Shown here one piece after another: positions 1-9,057 of a stretch of 64,000 bases of DNA. The notes beneath the pieces were generated by a model. It was given only the letters and a program-made list of their open reading frames with translations, searched no databases and had not been told where the DNA came from. Origin of the DNA: a candidate division TM6 bacterium GW2011_GWF2_28_16 (lineage in GTDB: Bacteria; Babelota; Babeliae; Babelales; UASB340); assembly GCA_000989185.1 (NCBI GenBank), contig LBNX01000005.1, forward strand, positions 11,926 through 75,925, given 5' to 3'. Every line of letters begins with the position of its first letter. Within the stretch, counting starts at the first letter, position 1. A program made the position numbers and the translations under genes.

Positions 1-166
1 TTCTAATTGTAAACTCGCCTTTTTTTATAAAGCCCTAATAAATATACGATTTTATTTTATATAAAAAATACGTATACTTTTATTATACTTTTTTAATATA
101 TTAAAAAGTAGGTTAACGCTTTAAGATAAAAACATCTTGTGTAATTTTAAACCATAAGGAACGAAC

Positions 167-643
167 ATGGCAACCAGTTTTTCTCTTTCATTAGAGCTTG
201 TGTTACTTATGAGCTGGCTTTTAAAACATAAAAAAAGTGACCTTAAAAAGCTTATTGCTAAATCATTAGATCAAGGCTTACAACAAGAGCTAGACCTAAT
301 AGAAACTTTTACACAAGAAGAACTATTAAACGTAGATTCAGATTTTGCAGAAGAACTACATAATTCTATTTTAGAATTTTTAATGCACTTAGAAGATACG
401 CTTTTAAAAGAATTAAGCAAAACCACAAATAGTTATAAACAAGAAATATCACCAATGGCACAAAAATTAAATACACAAAAAATAGACAGCAGAACTGTTC
501 TTTTAAGCTTACAAAATGTAAACCAACTTATAGAAGACAAAAATTTACTTAAAAAAAATAAAAATAATACTGAAGTAACTGATATATTATTTTCAGAAAT
601 TTTAAAAAACTGGGTTCCAAAAACTAACGAACCTATAAATTAA
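167..643 (+). CDS. hypothetical protein (158 aa, helical, acidic)
   Basis: Uninterrupted 477-nt ORF in very AT-rich DNA, where stop codons are frequent. No motif I recognise. Confidence 0.45.
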   Translation: MATSFSLSLELVLLMSWLLKHKKSDLKKLIAKSLDQGLQQELDLIETFTQEELLNVDSDFAEELHNSILEFLMHLEDTLLKELSKTTNSYKQEISPMAQKLNTQKIDSRTVLLSLQNVNQLIEDKNLLKKNKNNTEVTDILFSEILKNWVPKTNEPIN

Positions 644-647
644 TTTA

Positions 648-1280
648 TTAAAATTTAAATTGCATTTTTTGCAACGCTTGAACTAATTCAAAAATAGGCA
701 GGCCTATTATATTTGAATATGAGCCATTAATAGTTTTGCAAAAACGTTGCCCATAATTTTCTATAATTCCAGAACTTGCTGAATTTAAAGCTTGTGGCAA
801 ATTTATAAAATATGTATCAAAATCTTGATCTTGCACTATAAATTCAACTTGAGAAGTTGTAACCCAATAATTTTTATCAAGAGTTTGCCAGCTATTATTT
901 TTAAAAACTTTTTTTTCAAGGCAACAGCCTGTACTAGCATCAACTAATTGATCACGCATAATTTTTAGCATATTTTTTGCATCGTTAATATCTTTTGGTT
1001 TGCCTAAAATATGGGCTGTTTTATGCGTGTAAACAAGTGTATCTGCAGAAAGCACAAAAATTATTTGCCCTTCTTGTACATTTTTAATCTCATGTAAATT
1101 TGCATGTTTTAATTTTTCTTGAGCTATATTTAAAACGTAATTTTTAAAATTATTATTATCAAAAATAATAGTAGCTTCGTCTGCGCCGTGATTAATAACT
1201 TTAAAATTAATTTTAGCCTGTTCTAATAAAAGTTTACGTTGCGCCGAACCTGATGCTAAATATAATGTATCTTTAGACAT
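648..1280 (-). CDS. maf: Maf-like nucleoside triphosphate pyrophosphatase
   Basis: N-terminal LYLASGSAQRKLLL signature and ~210 aa length, both typical of the Maf/YhdE family. Confidence 0.85.
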   Translation of the reverse strand: MSKDTLYLASGSAQRKLLLEQAKINFKVINHGADEATIIFDNNNFKNYVLNIAQEKLKHANLHEIKNVQEGQIIFVLSADTLVYTHKTAHILGKPKDINDAKNMLKIMRDQLVDASTGCCLEKKVFKNNSWQTLDKNYWVTTSQVEFIVQDQDFDTYFINLPQALNSASSGIIENYGQRFCKTINGSYSNIIGLPIFELVQALQKMQFKF

Positions 1281-1504
1281 TTAAAACCCTTAAAACTTAA
1301 TAAAAACAGTTCTTTTTTTGTATAAAACAGCATTATTCCTTATTTTTTTGATAAAAACAAAACAATTTTAATAAAAAACAGTAAATAATGCCAAAAATAT
1401 ATTAATTTTTTCAAAAAACACACGTTTGTGTAGATATTATACATTTTATATACTTTATTAGTATATAAATTTATTAATTTAATATTATTTTATGGAGGTT
1501 ATAT

Positions 1505-2038
1505 ATGAAAAAAATATTAAATATTTTAGCAATAACTTTATTGCTAAGTAATTCTCAAAACGCAAATGCATGGACATGGGGTGGAGTCTGGGATAAGACT
1601 AAAGAAGTAACAGCTAAAACAGCAACAGCCGTAACTTCCATAGGAACAACAGCTGCGATAACAATGTCCGGCAAAACAGCAAGTATTCTGCTTGATTTAA
1701 AAAAAGGTGCCTTATTAGAAAGTTATGAAAATAGTACAAAAACTGGTGATACAATGAATGAAATATTTAAAAGCCTAGAAAATACAATAACAGAACAATC
1801 AATGGAATATGCAAAACAAAATAAATTTCTTATAGGAACTATTGCACTAATAGCAGCTTTAAATTTCAAGAATATATTAAAAGTTGGAAAATTTGCTTGG
1901 AATCATAAAATCATAACATTGTTGACTATATTAACAAGTTATATAACAATCAATGCAAATAAAGATGTAATAATAAATGATTTCTCAGATTTTTTTACAA
2001 AATATATGATCACCTATTGTAGGAAAAATGATTGCTAA
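1505..2038 (+). CDS. hypothetical exported/membrane protein
   Basis: ggaggt RBS a few nt upstream of the ATG. Signal peptide MKKILNILAITLLLSNSQNANA. Hydrophobic segments in the C-terminal half. Confidence 0.6.
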   Translation: MKKILNILAITLLLSNSQNANAWTWGGVWDKTKEVTAKTATAVTSIGTTAAITMSGKTASILLDLKKGALLESYENSTKTGDTMNEIFKSLENTITEQSMEYAKQNKFLIGTIALIAALNFKNILKVGKFAWNHKIITLLTILTSYITINANKDVIINDFSDFFTKYMITYCRKNDC

Positions 2039-2051
2039 ATAAATCTTAAAA

Positions 2052-2080
2052 ATAAGGGGACATTAAAATGTCCCCCTTAT
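2052..2080. terminator. bidirectional hairpin terminator between convergent genes
   Basis: ggggacat (2056-2063) / atgtcccc (2068-2075) is a perfect 8-bp stem with loop taaa, flanked by A/T runs. It sits between the stop at 2038 (+) and the stop at 2081 (-). Confidence 0.6.
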
Positions 2081-3298
2081 TTATTCTGCTCGCTCCCAAT
2101 ATCCAGAAATATTTTGTTTAACTTGCCCACTAAGTTCTAAATCAAAGAGTTTTTCTTGCAAAACATTAATACCCAAATTTAATTTTAAACTTAAATCGTC
2201 TATCGACTTTGCTCGATCTAGAAAGTTTAATATTAAACTTTCGTGGTTATTTTCTTTTAAATTATTATTTTTACTAATTTTATTATTAACTTTATTTTCT
2301 TGTTTTTCAGGCACTTTTGTTTTAGAAACTTTTTCTTGTTTTAAATTATCTTGAACTTTTACTTCTGTTATTATCCCAAAATCTTCAAGAATATCACTTG
2401 TATTTTGTATTAATTTAGCACCATTTTTAATTAAATTATTACAACCAACACTTAATGGGTTTTCTATATTACCTGGCACAGCATAAACATTACGACCTTC
2501 GTCTAATGCAAATTGCGCTGTAATAAGTGCACCACTTTTTTGTGCGGCTTCAACAACCAAACAGCCTTGAGACAAGCCAGCAATAACACGATTTCTTGCT
2601 GGAAAAGTTCCCTTATCTGGACCCATTTTTAATGGAAATATAGAAACTAAAGTTCCTGCTCCATTAGCAATAGTTTTAAAAAATTTTATATTTTGTTCTG
2701 GATATGGGGCTAAAAGACCTGAACCCAAAGCTACTATAGTTTTGCCTCCGGCATGCACAGTATTTTTATGTGCAATAGTATCAACACCAAGAGCACCACC
2801 ACTAACTATAGTAATATTATTAGCTACCAACTCAGGAACTATTTTATCCAAAACTTTTTGTGAATAATTTGTAGCTTTACGCGAGCCGACTATAGCTAAA
2901 TTATTTTTATAATTATTAAGGCTTTCACCTTTAGAATAAATAGCTACAGGAGGAGCATATATAGATTTTAAAATTTCTGGATAATTATCATCCAAAAAAG
3001 TTGCCCAATTTATTTTGTATTTTTCTATTAAATTTAATTCTTGATCAAGCAACTTTTTATCTTGAAGCCCTGCAAAAATTATTTCTGCTTGATTTTTAGT
3101 AAACCCAAATTTATTTTCAAAATCTTGTTCTCTTAAATTATAAATTATAGACAAATCAAAATTTGTTTTTTGTATCTCAGGATGTTTTTGATTTACAATA
3201 AATTCATCAAATAATTTTTTGATAAACTTTAAAACAAGAACAGGGCCAACACCATAGATTAATGATAAATGCAGTAGTATTTCTTGATTTTTATCCAC
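2081..3298 (-). CDS. dprA: DNA processing protein DprA (Smf)
   Basis: Rossmann-like core GSRKATNYSQK...IVSGGALGVDTIAHKNTVHAGGKTIVALGSGLLAPYPEQN is diagnostic of DprA. The start is uncertain. The maximal ORF runs to a GTG at 3412 through a GC-rich element. I prefer the GTG at 3298, just downstream of that element and before the conserved N-terminal helical domain (EILLHLSLIYGVGP). Confidence 0.85.
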   Translation of the reverse strand: MDKNQEILLHLSLIYGVGPVLVLKFIKKLFDEFIVNQKHPEIQKTNFDLSIIYNLREQDFENKFGFTKNQAEIIFAGLQDKKLLDQELNLIEKYKINWATFLDDNYPEILKSIYAPPVAIYSKGESLNNYKNNLAIVGSRKATNYSQKVLDKIVPELVANNITIVSGGALGVDTIAHKNTVHAGGKTIVALGSGLLAPYPEQNIKFFKTIANGAGTLVSIFPLKMGPDKGTFPARNRVIAGLSQGCLVVEAAQKSGALITAQFALDEGRNVYAVPGNIENPLSVGCNNLIKNGAKLIQNTSDILEDFGIITEVKVQDNLKQEKVSKTKVPEKQENKVNNKISKNNNLKENNHESLILNFLDRAKSIDDLSLKLNLGINVLQEKLFDLELSGQVKQNISGYWERAE

Positions 3299-3324
3299 GA
3301 TGTTAACCCTTTTAAAATTGCATA

Positions 3325-3455
3325 CCCTTCGACTTCGCCTACGGCTACGCTCAGGGCGAACGTGACGTTCGTAGTAAGCATAGTCAAACAGCTGTACGAA
3401 GAAGAATAGCACGTTCGCGGTGAGCGTAGTCGAACCGTTCTGCGAACGTGCATTT
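3325..3455 (-). other. GC-rich structured element between gyrA and dprA (internal inverted repeats; possible RNA element or repeat insertion)
   Basis: About 55% GC in a ~28% GC background. The 9-mer gcgaacgtg occurs at 3356-3364 and 3442-3450, and inverted (cacgttcgc) at 3410-3418. A 22-nt arm at 3343-3364 pairs with 3410-3431 (19 WC + 1 GU + 2 mismatches). An alternative 10-bp stem pairs 3409-3418 with 3442-3451. Confidence 0.5.
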
Positions 3456-3462
3456 TATGCAT

Positions 3463-5988
3463 TTAGCTTTCTATATTTTCTGTTTTTTCTACTTGTTCAA
3501 CTTGCAAAACTTCAGCCCCATCACCATCTAATTCAAGAGCTTCTTCAAACGATGCTATTGTAGACAAACGCTGGTCACTGTCAAGACGTACAAGTCTTAC
3601 ACCCTTTGCTTGTCTACCCATTGTTCTAATTTCTTTAGGTGAAAGTCTTATAATTTTACCATTGCTATCGATTAACAAAATATTATGTTCTGGCGAAACA
3701 AGTGTAACACCTATGACAACACCATTACGTTTGTCTGCAGGTATTGTGCGAACTCCAATTCCACCTCTATGTGCAATTCTAAAGTCTACAATTTCTACTT
3801 GTTTTCCATAACCATTTTCTGTTGCAAACAACAATGCTTTTACTTTTTCATCTTCAGCTATAATTTCTAGCCCTACAACCTCGTCGCCTGATCGTAATTT
3901 AATACCACGAACACCTTCGGCTTGTCTGCCCATTGAACGAACTTCTTCTTCTTTAAATCTAATACCCTGGCCTTTTTTAGATGCAATAACAATTGTATCT
4001 TTACCATTACTTAAACCACAAAATACTAGTTCATCATTATCTTTAAGACCCAAAGCTCTAATTCCTGTGCTGCGAATATTATCAAAGGCTTCGCCTTCTG
4101 TCTTTTTGATTGTTCCAAATTTTGTAATCATGACCAAGAACTTTTTAGAAAGATCTCTGGTACTTAAAAGTTTAACAACTTTTTCGCCTTCAGTTAGTGG
4201 TAACAAATTAACAATAGCTCTTCCCTTAGAGGTTCGTGAACCTTCAGGTACTTGAAATACTTTTAAGCTGTACACTCTACCCAAGTTGGTAAAGAATAAT
4301 AACTCATCATGATTTTTGGCAACAAAAAGATCTTGTACAATATCTTCATTATCTGTAAGATCTGACATACCCTTTTTGCCTTTACCACCACGATGCTGAA
4401 CAGCATAAGTATCAAGTAAAACTCGTTTTATATAACCCTTTTGTGTTAAAGTTACAACAACTTCTTCATCAGAAATTAAATCGCCTTCTTCTAAAATATC
4501 TACAGCGCCCTGAATAACACTTTTACGTTTATCTGCATAGCTACGTTTAATTTCTTCTAATTCTTCTGTAATTACTCGTTTTAATTCTTCTTCATCTTTT
4601 AAAATAAATTCAAGTTTTTCTATTAATGCTTTTAATTCTTGAATTTCTATTCTTATTTTTTCTTGTTCCATACCTGTTAAACGCTGCAAGCGCATTTCTA
4701 ATATTGCTTTTGTTTGTGCAACGCTTAACTTAAATTTTTTATCCAATGCAACAATTGCAGCTTCAGTATCTTTAGATTTTTTAATAATATCTACAACTTC
4801 GTCTATACTATTTAAAGCAATTACAAGCCCCTGCAAAATATGTTCTTTAGCTTTATTTTTATCAAGATCAAATTGTGTACGTCTTGTTACAATTTCTTTT
4901 CTGTGTAATAAAAATTGATCTAACATTTCTCGCAATGTAAACACAGTTGGTTTATTATTATTTAAAGCAAGTAATAATATTGAAATTGAACTTTGTAGCG
5001 CCGTGTGCTTGTAAAGCTGATTTAATATAACCTGAGGAGCTTCGCCACGTTTTAATTCTATAACAACACGAATACCTTTTTTATTAGATTCATCTCTAAT
5101 ATTAGATATCCCTTCTATAATTTTATCTTTTACTAAATTAGCAATATTTTTAATTAAGTCAGACTTATTAACCTGATATGGTATTTGTGAAATTACCAAA
5201 GTAGGATTTTTTTCTTCACCTTCTATATCTATTACACCACGCAAAATAGCTTTGCCATGTCCCGTTTGATACGCTTTAATAATTCCAGCTCTACCACAAA
5301 TTACACCGCCTGTAGGAAAATCTGGTGCAGGAATAAGTGTAAATAATCTTTCTTCAGACATGCTTGGATTTTTTAAAATTTCCATAGCTGCAGTAACTAT
5401 TTCACCAAGATTATGTGGTGGAATAGATGTTGCCATACCAACAGCAATACCGTTTGAACCATTTATTAATAAATTTGGAATTTTACTTGGTAATATAGTT
5501 GGCTCTAATTTAGATTCATCGAAGTTTGGCATAAAAAATACTGTATCTTTTTCGATATCAGCCAAAAGATCACGTGCAATTTTTGCCATTTTAACTTCTG
5601 AGTATCGCATTGCAGCAGCATTGTCACCATCGATAGAACCCCAGTTTCCTTGACCATCTAATAATGGATATCTTTTAGAAAAATCTTGCACCATACCAAC
5701 CATAGATTGGTAAATTGCAGCATCACCATGAGGATGGTAATTACCCATAACTTCACCAACTACTGTTGCAGATTTTCTGTAAGCTTTTTCGTTATAAAGT
5801 CCAAGCTTGTGCATAGCATACAAAATTCTTCTGTGCACAGGCTTTAAACCATCTCTTACATCTGGCAAAGCTCTACTTATAATTGTAGACATTGCATAAT
5901 CTAAAAACGACGTCTTTAATTCTTTTTCTATAGAAAGTGGTGTAACCGCACCAATAAATTTATCTTTCTTTTGGGTATCGTTAGACAT
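3463..5988 (-). CDS. gyrA: DNA gyrase subunit A
   Basis: 841 aa. Contains ISRALPDVRDGLKPVHRRILYAM, the catalytic-Tyr region AAMRYSEVKM and the QRDR-like GNYHPHGDAAIY. C-terminal beta-pinwheel repeats are present. Confidence 0.97.
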   Translation of the reverse strand: MSNDTQKKDKFIGAVTPLSIEKELKTSFLDYAMSTIISRALPDVRDGLKPVHRRILYAMHKLGLYNEKAYRKSATVVGEVMGNYHPHGDAAIYQSMVGMVQDFSKRYPLLDGQGNWGSIDGDNAAAMRYSEVKMAKIARDLLADIEKDTVFFMPNFDESKLEPTILPSKIPNLLINGSNGIAVGMATSIPPHNLGEIVTAAMEILKNPSMSEERLFTLIPAPDFPTGGVICGRAGIIKAYQTGHGKAILRGVIDIEGEEKNPTLVISQIPYQVNKSDLIKNIANLVKDKIIEGISNIRDESNKKGIRVVIELKRGEAPQVILNQLYKHTALQSSISILLLALNNNKPTVFTLREMLDQFLLHRKEIVTRRTQFDLDKNKAKEHILQGLVIALNSIDEVVDIIKKSKDTEAAIVALDKKFKLSVAQTKAILEMRLQRLTGMEQEKIRIEIQELKALIEKLEFILKDEEELKRVITEELEEIKRSYADKRKSVIQGAVDILEEGDLISDEEVVVTLTQKGYIKRVLLDTYAVQHRGGKGKKGMSDLTDNEDIVQDLFVAKNHDELLFFTNLGRVYSLKVFQVPEGSRTSKGRAIVNLLPLTEGEKVVKLLSTRDLSKKFLVMITKFGTIKKTEGEAFDNIRSTGIRALGLKDNDELVFCGLSNGKDTIVIASKKGQGIRFKEEEVRSMGRQAEGVRGIKLRSGDEVVGLEIIAEDEKVKALLFATENGYGKQVEIVDFRIAHRGGIGVRTIPADKRNGVVIGVTLVSPEHNILLIDSNGKIIRLSPKEIRTMGRQAKGVRLVRLDSDQRLSTIASFEEALELDGDGAEVLQVEQVEKTENIES

Positions 5989-6229
5989 TTTAAAAGTCCC
6001 CCTTTTAAGTAACTTATTTTTGTACTTTAACTAATTAAATTCAATTAAAACTTATTTTACTACGCTTTGGCATGTTATACAAGTTTTTACCTATTTTTCA
6101 AGTCTTTTTTTTATTAGCTTAAATATCTTAAAAAGCTAAGCAAAATAAATAAAAAATTCTTTATAAATTTAAAAATAAAAGCTATGCTCTTTTGCAAAAT
6201 TATACCCAAATAAAAATAAGGGATTTTTT

Positions 6230-6703
6230 ATGAAACTTTTTAAAACACTATCTTTTTTAATAGTTACCTGCTTTTTTATAAATTTCGCAAAACCAATAAA
6301 AGTAAAATTATTTAATGAAAAAGGTAAATTTAAAACAAGCAAATTTACAAAAAAAATAGCCACTTTACTAGAAGATGACAATGTAAAAGAAACGCCCTTA
6401 ACCGAAAAATTCTCCAAAGTAGAATTGTTAACAAAAACCTTAAAAGATCTAAAATTTTATATAGTTTCTGTAAAATATAAGCTTTCAGAAATAGAAAATA
6501 CTAATAAAATAAATAAACCCTATTTTATTATAAGCGAAGAAATTTACCAAACAGGTAAAGAACAAGAGGTATTTAACCCAACAGTAACAAGAGTTTTGTT
6601 TGTTAAAAAAACAGAACAAGAGCTTATAAAGCTTATTAAAAAGCTTTATCTAGAATCTAAAATAGAAAAAATAGATATTAACGCAATTTTAAAAAAGAAC
6701 TAG
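6230..6703 (+). CDS. hypothetical secreted protein (157 aa)
   Basis: N-terminal signal-like segment MKLFKTLSFLIVTCFFINFA. Lys-rich, with no recognised domain. Confidence 0.5.
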   Translation: MKLFKTLSFLIVTCFFINFAKPIKVKLFNEKGKFKTSKFTKKIATLLEDDNVKETPLTEKFSKVELLTKTLKDLKFYIVSVKYKLSEIENTNKINKPYFIISEEIYQTGKEQEVFNPTVTRVLFVKKTEQELIKLIKKLYLESKIEKIDINAILKKN

Positions 6704-6715
6704 AAAATTAAATTC

Positions 6716-7837
6716 ATGATCAATAATTTAAACACTAAACCAAACGTTTTATTAATCTGCACCTTTTCTGTCTTTGGCGGCATAGAAATGCACGTGCTTG
6801 CAAAATATAAAACATTATTAAAAAATGGTTATAACGTTTTTGTAATAATTCCAAAAGACTCTATATTGGAAAAAATTTTTATACAAGAAAATTTAAATTA
6901 TTACAGCTTTAAAAAATCTTTCTTTTTAAAAGCTCATAGACAGCCTAGTTTAAAAAAGCTTATTAAAAATATTATTACAGAAAAAAATATAAACGTAATT
7001 CACTGTAATAGAGCCAAAGAGATTTTGTTATTAAACAAAATAGATAATAATATTAAAAAAATATTAACAAGACATGCTCAATCTTTGATACGTTCTAAAT
7101 ATGCTAATAACTTTGATGCTATAATTTCTGTAAATCAAGAATTTATAAAACAAGCTAAAAATAAATATATTGTAAAAAATATAATAGAAATACCCCCATT
7201 TTTTACAGATCACGAGTCTTTAGATTTTATACCAAGTGAAAATAATAAATTTAATTTTTTTAAAAAAAATTTTAATATAACTCTTAATAATAACTTGCCG
7301 ATAGTTACTCAAGTGGCATCACTTACTAATGTCAAAAATCACGAAATACTTTTTTATGCTGCACATAAATTAATTCACGAAAAAAACATTTTATTTAATA
7401 TTTTATTATGTGGCGATGGGTATAATTTAAAATCTTTAAAAAAATTAGCTAAAAAATTAAATATCGAAAATTATATTTATTTTTTAGGTTTTACAAATAA
7501 GCGCATAGAAGTTTTGTACCATAGTGATATAAGTTTATTAACCAGCAAAAACGAAGGCCGGCCAATATCTATAATGGAAGCAGCATTACTTAAAAAAGCA
7601 CTTATTGGCCCTACAAACACAGGAGTAACAAGCACAATAAAACACGAAAACACTGGTTTATTATTTGAAAATAATAATATTAATGATCTTACGAACAAGC
7701 TTGAAACTTTATTAAAATCACCAGAATTACGAAAAATATATAGCCAAAATGCTTTTGATCATGTAAAAAATAATTTCACATGTGATAAATCTTTAACAAG
7801 ATTAGAAACTTTATATAAAAATATATTAATTAATTAA
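6716..7837 (+). CDS. glycosyltransferase family 4 (GT-B, Glycos_transf_1)
   Basis: C-terminal E-x7-E type motif (SKNEGRPISIMEAALLKKALIGPTNTGV...ENTGLLFE) and ~370 aa GT-B length. Confidence 0.85.
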   Translation: MINNLNTKPNVLLICTFSVFGGIEMHVLAKYKTLLKNGYNVFVIIPKDSILEKIFIQENLNYYSFKKSFFLKAHRQPSLKKLIKNIITEKNINVIHCNRAKEILLLNKIDNNIKKILTRHAQSLIRSKYANNFDAIISVNQEFIKQAKNKYIVKNIIEIPPFFTDHESLDFIPSENNKFNFFKKNFNITLNNNLPIVTQVASLTNVKNHEILFYAAHKLIHEKNILFNILLCGDGYNLKSLKKLAKKLNIENYIYFLGFTNKRIEVLYHSDISLLTSKNEGRPISIMEAALLKKALIGPTNTGVTSTIKHENTGLLFENNNINDLTNKLETLLKSPELRKIYSQNAFDHVKNNFTCDKSLTRLETLYKNILIN

Positions 7838-7851
7838 AATTGGGACAATAA

Positions 7852-9057
7852 ATGTTTATAGAAAAATTACACGTACCATTTAGCTTTTACAAAACAGAAT
7901 ATGTTTATTTTGATGAAAATAATAAATATTTAAATAACAATAATAATAAACCTAATATTTTAAATCTTTGTACAGTATTTAAATTTGACGGTCTAATTAT
8001 GCATGCGCTAGCTCAGCATAAAGCTCATATCAAAAATAATTTTAATAGTTATATTTTATTATTAAAAGGGTCAGATTTAGAACAAAAATTTATAGAAGAA
8101 AAAATCTCTTATTACCGGGTGGCTACGTCACAAATATTTAGGCCGCACAGACAACCTGGAATTACAAAAGTTGTAAAAGCAATAGTAGATAAACATAATA
8201 TAAATATAATAAACTGTAATAGGCACAAAGAATATTTAATGTGCAAAAAAATAAATAATCTAAATACAAAAATTATTTTAACACGGCACTCGCCTTCACC
8301 CTTAAAATCTAAATATTTAAAAATATTCAAAAATGTTTTGTGTGTAGATCAAAACTGCATAGACAAAATAAATTTAAAATGCCAAAAAGAAAACTTAACT
8401 GCCCCAAGAATGCAGCATTTAGCACCATTTTTTGATGAAAGAGAATCTTTAAATTTTAATTTTAATAATATGCCGGATAAAAAAACTTTTTTTAAAAAAG
8501 AATTTAATATCGATTTACCCTATTATCCAAATATAGTAAAAGTTGCATGCTTAAGGGGGTATAAAAATCATCCAGTTATTTTTAAAGCTGTACAAAAATT
8601 AGTTTACGAAAAAAATACTCCAGTAAATTTATTATTATGCGGTGATGGATACAGAAAAAAAGAGTTACAAAAATTAGCAAAAGATTTAAATATAGAAAAA
8701 TATGTTTACTTTTTAGGCTTTACAAGCAAACGCATAGAAGTCATGTACTATTCAGACATAAAAGCACTTTCTACAAAAGACGAAGCTTTTGGAATAGTTT
8801 TAATGGAAGCTGCATTGCTTAAAAAGCCATTAGTAGGACCTACAAATACAGGTGTTACAAATACAATTAAGCATGAACATACTGGTTTATTGTTCGAAAA
8901 TGGCAACCCTCAAGATATGGCAAATAAACTAGAAATTTTAATTAATAATCCTGAGCTTAGAATAAAATATGGCCAAAATGCTTATAATCACGTTAAAAAT
9001 AACTTTTTGTCTGATGCACTTATAAAAAAACTTGAAGAATTTTATAAAACAATTTAA
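7852..9057 (+). CDS. glycosyltransferase family 4, tandem paralog of the upstream gene
   Basis: The C-terminal half is nearly collinear with the 6716-7837 product (YFLGFTSKRIEVMYYSDI...MEAALLKKPLVGPTNTGVTNTIKHEHTGLLFENG). Confidence 0.85.
   Translation: MFIEKLHVPFSFYKTEYVYFDENNKYLNNNNNKPNILNLCTVFKFDGLIMHALAQHKAHIKNNFNSYILLLKGSDLEQKFIEEKISYYRVATSQIFRPHRQPGITKVVKAIVDKHNINIINCNRHKEYLMCKKINNLNTKIILTRHSPSPLKSKYLKIFKNVLCVDQNCIDKINLKCQKENLTAPRMQHLAPFFDERESLNFNFNNMPDKKTFFKKEFNIDLPYYPNIVKVACLRGYKNHPVIFKAVQKLVYEKNTPVNLLLCGDGYRKKELQKLAKDLNIEKYVYFLGFTSKRIEVMYYSDIKALSTKDEAFGIVLMEAALLKKPLVGPTNTGVTNTIKHEHTGLLFENGNPQDMANKLEILINNPELRIKYGQNAYNHVKNNFLSDALIKKLEEFYKTI

Noticed and set aside
3291-3299. DnaA-box-like ttatccacg (8/9 match to TTATCCACA)
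   Set aside because: It is a single isolated occurrence inside or next to the dprA start. I noticed no cluster of boxes or adjacent AT-rich unwinding element arrangement, so it is not evidence for oriC.
3259-3462. 67-aa ORF on the minus strand starting right after the gyrA stop
   Set aside because: It lies almost entirely in the GC-rich structured element, where the absence of AT-rich stop codons makes open frames expected. It overlaps the dprA 5' region in another frame, and the product has no recognisable features.
3685-5653. Three plus-strand ORFs (3685-3870, 4067-4255, 5360-5653) inside gyrA
   Set aside because: They are antisense to a highly conserved gene, short and low-complexity. 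These are typical shadow ORFs.
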